Virus record (IMG/VR): IMGVR_UViG_3300003877_000001
Location: 1-64,000 of that record
Length of the DNA stretch: 64,000 bases
Direction: 5' to 3' (one strand)
Shown: positions 1 to 8,382 of the stretch, piece after piece
Layout of the letters: every line of letters begins with the position of its first letter
Numbering within the stretch: the stretch's first letter is position 1
Notes under the pieces: model-generated
The model's database searches: none
What the model saw: the letters and a program-made list of their open reading frames with translations, nothing else
Told to the model about the DNA's origin: nothing
Program-made: the position numbers and the translations under genes

Positions 1-1018
1 TTGCAGTGAAATTAATTGTACCTGCGGTTATACCAACTTCTTGTATATTTGTAGTATCATCTGCAAACGTATTATCAGGTGCAACTAATGTTGGAAAAAA
101 TGTTGTTACTAACATTTCTTCAATAATATTTTCTACGGTTCTACCTGTTAAAACAGTACCTGTTGTAATTCCACCAACATCAATATTTGAAGGTGATGCA
201 CTATTATAAATTCCAGTAGCACCTGATGATGTAATTATTACAGTGTCACCAGATGTTGTTACATTTGTATTACCAGAACCTAATAATGTTCTTATTTGTG
301 CAGTTTCACCATTAATACCACTTGTTATTCCTGAAAATATTTCACCAGTACCCAAACCAATATTTTCCATACTACTAATACCTGATGTTACACCACCACC
401 TGTTGCTCCTGATGATATTACAAAACCTCTATATTGATAGATTAATGCACTATTATTATCAAAAGTTACCAATATTGGTTTTGATATTTGACCAAATACT
501 GTTGGATCTGTTGATTGTATTCCACCTGCTGTACTTGTTGAAAGATAATATGTTGTACTTGGATTTAAAACAAGTCCACTTATACTAGCACCCTCAAGAT
601 AACCAGCATATACTACAATAAATTCATCAATAGTATTAACCTGACTAACAAAACCAATTACCTCACCACCTTGTGTACCATCAGCAATTGCTTTAATATA
701 TGTACCACCAGAATATGTGATGACATCACCAATTCCAAAACCGTGTGCAACTTGATTAACAATTTTTTCAATTCTTTCACCAGAACCACTTCCACCACCA
801 GAACCCTTAATAACTAAGTTACCATTACTTACACCTAATTCATACCAATATTCAACATTAGCAATATTAACTGTCAATCCTAAATACCTTTGAGCAATAG
901 GAATCTTGGTATTAACTTCATTAGTGTCAATATATGGTGAATTAGCAGCACTAAGATATTTTTCATCTATTGGTGCACCTACATTTATCTTTAAATTATC
1001 ACTTAATTGTATTGCCAT
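1..1018 (-). CDS. Virion structural / tail-fibre-like protein, 3' end runs off the window (not in ORF track)
   Basis: ATG at 1016-1018; my translation MAIQLSDNLKINVGAPIDEKY... stays open to base 1; G/T/S-rich; shares the GxYNxASPS..VGGI..GT.LTG module with 1021..2085. Confidence 0.75.
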   Translation of the reverse strand, partial: MAIQLSDNLKINVGAPIDEKYLSAANSPYIDTNEVNTKIPIAQRYLGLTVNIANVEYWYELGVSNGNLVIKGSGGGSGSGERIEKIVNQVAHGFGIGDVITYSGGTYIKAIADGTQGGEVIGFVSQVNTIDEFIVVYAGYLEGASISGLVLNPSTTYYLSTSTAGGIQSTDPTVFGQISKPILVTFDNNSALIYQYRGFVISSGATGGGVTSGISSMENIGLGTGEIFSGITSGINGETAQIRTLLGSGNTNVTTSGDTVIITSSGATGIYNSASPSNIDVGGITTGTVLTGRTVENIIEEMLVTTFFPTLVAPDNTFADDTTNIQEVGITAGTINFTA

Positions 1019-1020
1019 AA

Positions 1021-2085
1021 TTAATTATTTCTAAATTCCATATAAGTTGAATTAACTTGTTTATTACTCAAATATATTTTATATTGTATTCCATTCCAAT
1101 ATGCACTAGGTGAATCTACATTTGGTATTGCAGGGTCTGGGAATAAATTACCTGCTGGAGAAACTGCACCACCAATAGTACCATTATCTAATCCATTTAC
1201 ATACCATTTTAGTTTTGATGTTGATGTACTTGGAATTGCAAACCATATATAATCATCTGGTGTTCCAGCGAAACTATTTACTACAATAGTTCCATTACTA
1301 TTTCCAACAACAATATTTCCATTATCTATTAATGATTGTGCTGTTACTGGATTAGTAGGATCAGGTCTATTACTACCTGAAGGTGCACCACCTGAACTTA
1401 TCTTTCCAAAAAACCAAGGATAAATTGATGTTATTGTATAATTCTTTTGTCCCATAGGATTAGCTTCAGTATTTGTACCCTTAACACCCCATGTATGTGA
1501 TATTGGAATATTATTATTTATTGTTATTCCTAATGCTAAACTTTCATTACCATCATTTGCGAGTCCAGTACCTAAAATAGCATTACCATTAGTAACATCA
1601 ATAATTTCAATACTGTTAGGTTGAACATTTCCAGAATTTGTTGTGTTCCAATTAAATGTTTTTGAACCTGACCATGAAACTGGATTACCTACTTGATTTA
1701 ATAAACTAATATTATTATTAAATAAAGTAAATGTTGGTACTTGATATACTACTAATAAATCTTCCCATAGTTGTTCTAATGGTTTACCTGTAAGTGTAGT
1801 ACCTGCTGGAATACCACCAACAGTTATTGTAGATGGTGATGCTAAATTATAAAATCCTGTTCCACCAGATGTTGATGGTTCTAAAACTATTCTACTTAAT
1901 GAATCGTTATATGTTAAAACATAACCATTAACTAATGCACTTGATCCTGTGATAGTTGCATCAATTTCTACACCTTTAGATTGAAGAATACCAACAAAAT
2001 TAGTTGTACCACTAAGCGTTAAAGTTGTGCCAGCTAATTGTTTAAATTGTTCATCAATAAGTTCTGGTCTTGTGAAAAATGGCAT
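1021..2085 (-). CDS. Virion structural / tail-fibre-like protein
   Basis: 354 aa, G/T/N/S-rich beta-type composition; GTATTTAT motif upstream at 2178-2185; paralogous module with the downstream gene. Confidence 0.65.
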   Translation of the reverse strand: MPFFTRPELIDEQFKQLAGTTLTLSGTTNFVGILQSKGVEIDATITGSSALVNGYVLTYNDSLSRIVLEPSTSGGTGFYNLASPSTITVGGIPAGTTLTGKPLEQLWEDLLVVYQVPTFTLFNNNISLLNQVGNPVSWSGSKTFNWNTTNSGNVQPNSIEIIDVTNGNAILGTGLANDGNESLALGITINNNIPISHTWGVKGTNTEANPMGQKNYTITSIYPWFFGKISSGGAPSGSNRPDPTNPVTAQSLIDNGNIVVGNSNGTIVVNSFAGTPDDYIWFAIPSTSTSKLKWYVNGLDNGTIGGAVSPAGNLFPDPAIPNVDSPSAYWNGIQYKIYLSNKQVNSTYMEFRNN

Positions 2086-2225
2086 ATTATATATTTTATT
2101 TCCTTTCTAATTAACGTAACACATTGACCGTCCAGTGAGTTACAAAAAAAATCGAAGTTTATATCGATTATTTGTATATAAATACATAATAAAAATAAAG
2201 AAAACCAGAATATTTTAGATTAAAC

Positions 2226-2260
2226 AAAAAAAAACCCATAGGAATGTCCTATGGGTTTTT
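2226..2260. terminator. Bidirectional intrinsic terminator
   Basis: A-run, CCCATAGGA-atg-TCCTATGGG 9-bp stem, T-run. Confidence 0.8.
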
Positions 2261-2321
2261 AAATCAAACTATTAACTAATTTCGGGAGAACCTAATCACC
2301 ATTTTTACAAGCAGGGCTTTC

Positions 2322-2362
2322 TAGCTGACAAAACCACCTCTCATAGGTGGTTTTGTCAACTA
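2322..2362 (-). terminator. Hairpin downstream of the tRNA (terminator or processing stem)
   Basis: TGACAAAACCACCT-ctcat-AGGTGGTTTTGTCA, 14-bp perfect stem. Confidence 0.6.
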
Positions 2363-2371
2363 TTTTATATG

Positions 2372-2458
2372 TTGCGAGTGCTGGACTCGAACCAGCGTAA
2401 ACCCAAAAGGGACTCCGTGCTTATGAGACAGGCGAGATACCAACTTCTCCAACTCGCT
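2372..2458 (-). tRNA. tRNA with CAU anticodon (Met-like), atypical long variable arm, CCA not encoded
   Basis: Cloverleaf by eye: acceptor GCGAGT/ACTCGC with a 1:72 mismatch, D arm GAGA-AGTTGGTA-TCTC, loop CT-CAT-AA, T arm GCTGG-TTCGAGT-CCAGC; 87 nt. Confidence 0.9.
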
Positions 2459-2559
2459 AATCTTAAATATTTTTAGTAGGTTACGTTTCAGGGACTAAAG
2501 GGAATATTTTCACCCAATAGTTTGAAAGAGGTTTTTACCTACTATAATTTCTTTTTAAA

Positions 2560-3380
2560 TAAAACTCTGAGACTACAAGTTTAACAATAGGTCTTGAGAG
2601 CATTATCTTATTCTCTCATTGTCCAATGCAGTTGCCCACATTATCCTATCATCGCAAGTTAATTACGTTAACCAATCGTATCGTTACATTTTCTACTGCT
2701 GTTTCATATCTATCTCACCCGTTTCAGAGCAAACTAACTAGATCGACTAGAATAAACATCCACAACAAATATTCGGATTGGCTACCGACTTACCCCACCT
2801 CAATGGCGAGTTATGCGACTTTCTAATGCAACGCCTAAACACTTGTGCTTTTATATTGATATAAAATCTGTTTTGATCTAAATTCAAAAGATTATAAAAT
2901 TTACAGCTAATTCGGAGTTTTGAAGTCGTGGTTTAGGATGCAGTTGCCCGTCTTTTGAACGATCAATGCTGCACGACTCCATGCGTATACCAATCCGCAA
3001 TTAATAACCTTCCTGACTTATTTCCCCACCCGAAGATGGTTGTGTTCGCCTTACGGTTTAAGTTACCAACTGGTTGCTTGCCCTTCATCCTTGGTAGGAA
3101 TTATGAACATCAACCCTACATTTACATTTATTGTATTTTCATACTCAACTATGCAGTCCTTTCTGCATAATCTATGTCTTCATCTGGTTAGACCGTTAGG
3201 CACTCCCCAAAAGAAGGAAGATGTATTGTAGTGCTTATTTGAGGTCGCAAGCGACCCGATAGAGTGGACAATTAGCATTTCCACCTAACCCTTATCCCGA
3301 TTTCTCGGTTTATCTTTTCAATACCCGAAGGTAATGAACTTACTATCCGAAGACAGCAGGGAGCATAAGCACCCCCAAAA
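2560..3380 (-). ncRNA. Large structured non-coding RNA (GOLLD-class candidate), boundaries approximate
   Basis: No credible ORF; GC-richer than flanks; many stems capped by UUCG/GNRA loops (TAC-CTTCGG-GTA, CCGA-GAAA-TCGG, CC-GTAA-GG, GTAT-GAAA-ATAC, TATGCAG/CTGCATA); long-range helices GTGCTTAT/ATAAGCAC and AGTCGTG/CACGACT; directly upstream of a tRNA. Confidence 0.75.
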
Positions 3381-3390
3381 GTTTTCAATA

Positions 3391-3402
3391 TATTAAAGAA
3401 CG
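3391..3402 (-). promoter_or_regulatory. boxA-like antitermination element
   Basis: CGTTCTTTAATA resembles the rrn boxA TGCTCTTTAACA and lies between the promoter and the ncRNA. Confidence 0.55.
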
Positions 3403-3516
3403 TTTTCTTAATAAGTGGAGTTGATAGGTCTTACACCTATACCTGCACCTCACAGGTGCTATACTAATTTATACTACATCCCCATAATTTATTACCTTTA
3501 CTTCTTAAAGGTGTTG

Positions 3517-3547
3517 CAAATGTAAAATACTTAAATTTAATATGCAA
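3517..3547 (-). promoter_or_regulatory. Bacteroidota primary-sigma promoter for the ncRNA-tRNA unit
   Basis: TTG-N20-TACATTTG matches the -33/-7 consensus TTTG-N19-21-TAnnTTTG. Confidence 0.7.
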
Positions 3548-3600
3548 GTATTTTGTAAAATATTTTAAAACTTTTATTTTTTGTTTTTGTGTGATAATAA

Positions 3601-3627
3601 ATACGGATTTATTCCTCAAAGGTTACA
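3601..3627 (-). promoter_or_regulatory. ECF-like promoter motif
   Basis: TGTAAC-N16-CGTAT; the motif recurs at 9856, 33906, 57295, 57347 and 57867. Confidence 0.5.
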
Positions 3628-3653
3628 AAAAATTCCATTTTTTTATAAATAAT

Positions 3654-5276
3654 TTAATTATTTTTCATAACATTTTGACTTTCACGTTGTTGTCTTAATA
3701 TTTCAGTTAAATCTGTTTTAGATTTATCTCCAATATCTTCTCCTTCGTGAAGATTTTTCAATATTTCTTTACCATTTTCAATAGCAATAGGTTTAATGTG
3801 TTCAATATTTTCATTACTATTATTTATTTCATCTGCTTCATTTTCACTACGTGCTTTATATCTTTCACTTATTTCTTGATTTAAATTATCTATTTTTTCT
3901 TCAGTAATTGTAGGTAAATTAATTCTAGTAGGATCATTAACTGGATCAGTCAATGCTATTTCCATAGTATCATTATTAAATATACAATCTTTAAATACAT
4001 GTCCATCACTTGCCATTCTTGCTTTTAGAATAGCAATATTAGCTTGTCCTATTAATTTTTGTTCTTGAGTTTTTGCAACAGACATCAAAAAATGTGTTTT
4101 TTGTGCACGTTTTATATTACCACCCATTTGACCTGTATCTACTAATTCAGAACCAAATCCACTTCTATTAGTTTGAAGTGCAGTCCAACATGGAATATCT
4201 AATTCATGTGCCATACCTTCAAATGATTTAACTATTTGAAGTTCACCAGCATTTTGATCTAAACCTCTTGTATGTGGTTCTAGGACATCCAAATAATCTA
4301 ATATTATAATATCAAACGATAACCCAAATTTCTTTTTATATCTATTAACATATTGTCTAACTTTAGGCATTGTGGTATCTTCCTGCGAAAATTTCTTTAT
4401 TATTAATTTACCAAATATATTTTCTTTGTGCCAATCAATAATTTTATCATTTACCTTAACTAGATTATCATCCATTTCAGATAGTGGGATTTTAGACCAT
4501 TTAGCAAAATGTTTTCTCCTAATATCATCTTCTTTATCTTCAAAAATAATTTGTAAAACATTTAACCCTAAATTATATGCAGTATTTGCAATATATGTTA
4601 ATATTGTTGATTTACCAACACCTGATGGTGCTAATATAATTCCAATCTCACCACCACCGAGACCACCATTAGTTAACGTATCAATACCTTTAATACCTGT
4701 TGGTATTGGTTTACGAAATTCTTTAGTAAGTGCTCGACTAATATTATCCATAATTTCGATACCCATATCATCTTCATCACCAATCTCACCGATTTTCTTT
4801 AAGTCATTTTCAACATTAAATAAAAATTCATCACTATTATTACCTTGTTTAACTTCACCTTGAATATAGGATGCTATTTTTCTATATTCTTGTTGTTTAA
4901 TAAAATTTAATGTTTCCTTTTGAATTGTATCACCATCATGTTGAAGTTCTTTATTTAAAACTCTTTCGTTCCAATTATTTAATTGGATTGCAACTGCATC
5001 CAATAAATCAATTTCAATAGGGTCATTTTTTTTACTGAATTTTCTAATTGCATGTAAAATACTTTTATTTTGTAAATTAGGTGGTTTACCATTTAATTCA
5101 AAATATTGTTGTATTATAGAAAAAAATCTTTTAAATGTAGCATCATCAAAATACGATATTTCTAATAATGGAATTGATTTTTCTGCAAATTCTGGTTCAC
5201 TTACTAATTGCCATAAAATTTTTAATTGAAATTCAGCACCTAAATATTGTGAAATAGTATATTCATCTCCCATCAT
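3654..5276 (-). CDS. dnaB: Replicative DNA helicase (DnaB / T4 gp41-like)
   Basis: IPTGIKGIDTLTNGG, Walker A APSGVGKS, IIILDYL, TALQTNR. Confidence 0.9.
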   Translation of the reverse strand: MMGDEYTISQYLGAEFQLKILWQLVSEPEFAEKSIPLLEISYFDDATFKRFFSIIQQYFELNGKPPNLQNKSILHAIRKFSKKNDPIEIDLLDAVAIQLNNWNERVLNKELQHDGDTIQKETLNFIKQQEYRKIASYIQGEVKQGNNSDEFLFNVENDLKKIGEIGDEDDMGIEIMDNISRALTKEFRKPIPTGIKGIDTLTNGGLGGGEIGIILAPSGVGKSTILTYIANTAYNLGLNVLQIIFEDKEDDIRRKHFAKWSKIPLSEMDDNLVKVNDKIIDWHKENIFGKLIIKKFSQEDTTMPKVRQYVNRYKKKFGLSFDIIILDYLDVLEPHTRGLDQNAGELQIVKSFEGMAHELDIPCWTALQTNRSGFGSELVDTGQMGGNIKRAQKTHFLMSVAKTQEQKLIGQANIAILKARMASDGHVFKDCIFNNDTMEIALTDPVNDPTRINLPTITEEKIDNLNQEISERYKARSENEADEINNSNENIEHIKPIAIENGKEILKNLHEGEDIGDKSKTDLTEILRQQRESQNVMKNN

Positions 5277-5278
5277 TA

Positions 5279-5308
5279 TTGTTTACTTGTTTTTACTTGT
5301 TTTTACTT
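5279..5308 (-). repeat. Short 10-bp tandem repeat in the helicase leader
   Basis: AAGTAAAAAC x2 plus AAGTAAAC directly before the ATG. Confidence 0.6.
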
Positions 5309-5407
5309 CTAGAATAATACATCTAGTACATTAGTCTACGTATATATTCAAAACGCTAGAGTTAACTTTCCAACTATAGGTTTATAAAAATATAACAGGA
5401 ATTTGTG

Positions 5408-6073
5408 TTAATTATTTAATTGTTGATGAGTTTGATTACAATAATGAGATTTAATCATTTTAATATAGCTTCTATCAGTTGATTTTTCAATCATTTCACT
5501 TCTTCTATTTTTGGATAGTTCTCTTATTTGATTTACATATAATCCATATATGTTAATCAAAGTGTAATCATCCCACATATGATTAACATCTAACTCTTTT
5601 AAAGATTCATGTATATCATCAATAATTTCATTAATAATTTCTCTTATTTCAATAGAAAATCTCGAAGCAGGGTTATAATTATCAACATAAAATTTCCTCT
5701 CAACAATAGGATTATCATTAATATATAAACCAAATTTACATTCAATACCTTTTATGGTTTTATTACCATATTTATATTTAATAAAATTTGGTTTAGATAG
5801 TTTATTTTCATCAATACAATATAAATCTATTAATTTCTTATAATTTTCTAAGAAATCATACCCATAATCCTTATAATTTAAATTTCTTCCTGACATAACT
5901 CTTTGTAGATTTTGAATTATTTCAGGAATGGAATCCCGAATGTCAACCGAATATCTAATTATGGGATTAAAAACATCTGCATTGAATATTCTTTCAATTA
6001 TTATGTCTTTACCTTGATAAAGGACAAATTTGAATTTATTTGTATGTGATTTTTCTTGTACTTTTTCAGTCAT
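5408..6073 (-). CDS. Hypothetical protein in the replication block
   Basis: 221-aa ORF with its own host-type promoter. Confidence 0.7.
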   Translation of the reverse strand: MTEKVQEKSHTNKFKFVLYQGKDIIIERIFNADVFNPIIRYSVDIRDSIPEIIQNLQRVMSGRNLNYKDYGYDFLENYKKLIDLYCIDENKLSKPNFIKYKYGNKTIKGIECKFGLYINDNPIVERKFYVDNYNPASRFSIEIREIINEIIDDIHESLKELDVNHMWDDYTLINIYGLYVNQIRELSKNRRSEMIEKSTDRSYIKMIKSHYCNQTHQQLNN

Positions 6074-6108
6074 TTTATGTGTGTGTTATTGTTATAAATT
6101 GTTTAATA

Positions 6109-6140
6109 CAAATATACGTTAAATTTGTCTAATATGTCAA
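6109..6140 (-). promoter_or_regulatory. Bacteroidota primary-sigma promoter
   Basis: TTG-N21-TATATTTG. Confidence 0.65.
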
Positions 6141-7186
6141 CCATTTACATGTGATTTCTTGTAATCTTTTAACATTTTTTTCTCACTCATTATAATAGGA
6201 TAAAATGGTTCTATATAATTAACAAAGTTACCATTATATACTGTTAAAAATTCGTCTTCAATCATCATATTAATTAAATTTTTAGAATTTCTATTTTCAT
6301 CATTTAGTGGTAGTGATAGTTGTTCTAATTCTTCTTCAGCATCATCATTTAAAAATGGATCATCTAGATTAATAAGTTGATAATTTAATTTTAATCTATC
6401 TACATTTTCGGTTAAATTTGTAAGTGCTTTTAGTGGTTTCATTTTCTTACTAACACGTTCTTCATTAATCTTATCTGCATTAGTACATATTTCTTTTACA
6501 GATACATATCTATTTGCTAATTCTGGGAAATGTTTTAATAATGTTTTTATTTTTAATCCCTGAATACCTTGAATATTATCCGAGACATCACCTTCAATTA
6601 TTTTCAAAGTTAATCCGTTTTTATAATCATATGGAAAATGTAAGAAGAAATTATGTTTATCTATAATCATATCAATATTATCAAACATAATTTTAATATT
6701 TAATTTTAATAATTGAACAAAATCTCTATCATTGGTATAAATTATAATATCTTCTTTATTATGATTTTCATTGCAATATTCTGCAATTAAATCATCAGCT
6801 TCTACATTAAATACCTCAATTTGTCTTAGAAAAAGTTCTTCTGCATATGCTTGAATTCTCTTACGTTGTTTTAAAACAGATTCGTCTTTTTCTTTCTCTT
6901 TCTTAATATCGTAATCAGACATTACTATTCTATCACCCCAAGTCTTATCTTTTCTATTTGCTTTATATGCAGGATCAATATTGTGTCTATATATACCACC
7001 ATTTTCACCATCCCATGCAAGAACAACTTTATTAATTTGATTCTCTTTAACCAATTTCCTAAGTTTGGTCATAAATTGGTATAACCCACCAATATGACCA
7101 AACTTTGGTGTATAAACATCTTTAGCACCATGAATCGATCTCTTTAATAGAAATGATGAATCAACTAATAATGTTTTTATTTTCAT
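6137..7186 (-). CDS. 5'-3' exonuclease (T4 RNase H / PolA N-terminal FEN family)
   Basis: LLVDSS, LAWDG, YKANR, EADDLIA, TNDRDFVQL, GDVSDNIQGI. Confidence 0.9.
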   Translation of the reverse strand: MKIKTLLVDSSFLLKRSIHGAKDVYTPKFGHIGGLYQFMTKLRKLVKENQINKVVLAWDGENGGIYRHNIDPAYKANRKDKTWGDRIVMSDYDIKKEKEKDESVLKQRKRIQAYAEELFLRQIEVFNVEADDLIAEYCNENHNKEDIIIYTNDRDFVQLLKLNIKIMFDNIDMIIDKHNFFLHFPYDYKNGLTLKIIEGDVSDNIQGIQGLKIKTLLKHFPELANRYVSVKEICTNADKINEERVSKKMKPLKALTNLTENVDRLKLNYQLINLDDPFLNDDAEEELEQLSLPLNDENRNSKNLINMMIEDEFLTVYNGNFVNYIEPFYPIIMSEKKMLKDYKKSHVNG

Positions 7187-8295
7187 GTAACTTCACCTGT
7201 TTCAGTATCTACATTTTCTAGAAAAGATAAATCCTCATCATTTCTTATTGATACAAATTTAGTTGCAATATCATTTAAATCAACATCACCACCTAATGCA
7301 TCTCTAAAGAATTTTAAATTATTTTTCTTATAAGTATCAATATCATCCTTATCTGTACCAATAAATCCATGTTTAGTTGAAATAAGTTTACCTTCCATAT
7401 TTATACCACCTAAAGCACCGTCTATCTGATTCTTCACAATTGCTACTTTTGATTCAATTCCATAGGCAACATCTCTTCCTTTGCTAGTAGCCGTTACTTT
7501 TCTAGTTCCATGTGATTGAATACCACCATGATGATATATTAATCTTGCTCCAAAGAAAAACGCTTCACCACCTTTATGTTTTACAACACCAGCACCTTGC
7601 ATTGAATCTAACCATATTTTTTGTACACCAATAATTGTATTTATATATGGTTTATTTTCTTTTCTTGAAGATGGTATTCTACTATTTAATAGATATTTAA
7701 ATGATCTTTCAAAAGCACCTGCATTCCACATATTATTATCAGAAGTCCCTTTATCTGCTGCATTAATACTTCTAACACAATCTAAACTACCAAGAGAATC
7801 TATAATAATACATAAGTTGTTTTGTAATTCACCTGAATCTTGTAAATTAAGAAAATGTGTTATACAATCAGCCATATCTTCTATTGCTGCTTCTGATCTG
7901 TTTTTATCTTTTACTTTTCCAAAATGTTTTAACAAATAATCATTTCTAATCATTATTACTTCATTAACATCTAACCCCATTGCTGTTAATCTATCTTCAC
8001 CAATATTATTCTCAGTGTCAATAAATATAACTAAATCACCTTCCTTTTGTGCTGCAACTGCTGCTTCTGATACTGATGTTGATTTACCTGTATTTGAAAA
8101 ACCACGTGCAAGTGATACGTATCCTTTAGGAAAACCGGGTAATCCTGTTGCTTTTTGTAAAGCACTAGATGTTTTATACCAATTTAATTGTTTATCTTTA
8201 ATTATTTCAGTTCCTGTTTTTTTTCTAAAATCATCTAATGAAAATGATTTTTTATTGGTAGGTTTTCTTTTACCACCTTTAGGTATATCGCTCAT
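7183..8295 (-). CDS. RecA/UvsX-like recombinase
   Basis: Walker A GFSNTGKS, FIDTEN, IIIDSLG, GGEAFFF. Confidence 0.88.
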   Translation of the reverse strand: MSDIPKGGKRKPTNKKSFSLDDFRKKTGTEIIKDKQLNWYKTSSALQKATGLPGFPKGYVSLARGFSNTGKSTSVSEAAVAAQKEGDLVIFIDTENNIGEDRLTAMGLDVNEVIMIRNDYLLKHFGKVKDKNRSEAAIEDMADCITHFLNLQDSGELQNNLCIIIDSLGSLDCVRSINAADKGTSDNNMWNAGAFERSFKYLLNSRIPSSRKENKPYINTIIGVQKIWLDSMQGAGVVKHKGGEAFFFGARLIYHHGGIQSHGTRKVTATSKGRDVAYGIESKVAIVKNQIDGALGGINMEGKLISTKHGFIGTDKDDIDTYKKNNLKFFRDALGGDVDLNDIATKFVSIRNDEDLSFLENVDTETGEVT

Positions 8296-8330
8296 ATTAA
8301 TGTTTTTTTATTTGTGTGTTTTAGTGTAAT

Positions 8331-8369
8331 AAAAAAAGGGGGAAGATCTAATTCCCACTCTCCCCTTTT
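8331..8369. terminator. Probable terminator between SSB and recombinase
   Basis: AAAAGGGG...CCCCTTTT imperfect stem. Confidence 0.45.
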
Positions 8370-8382
8370 ATGTTCATCCTAT

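Noticed and set aside
2116-2143. Imperfect inverted repeat GTAAC...GTTAC upstream of 1021..2085
   Set aside because: Several mismatches and a single occurrence, so it cannot be distinguished from chance.
2626-3231. Short plus-strand ORFs in the ncRNA region
   Set aside because: Atypical composition, no leaders, and antisense to a hairpin-rich unit with a minus-strand promoter.
2560-3380. rRNA fragment or group I/II intron
   Set aside because: No rRNA signature segments were recognised, and there are no flanking exons or intron-encoded protein. Not formally excluded without a covariance-model search.
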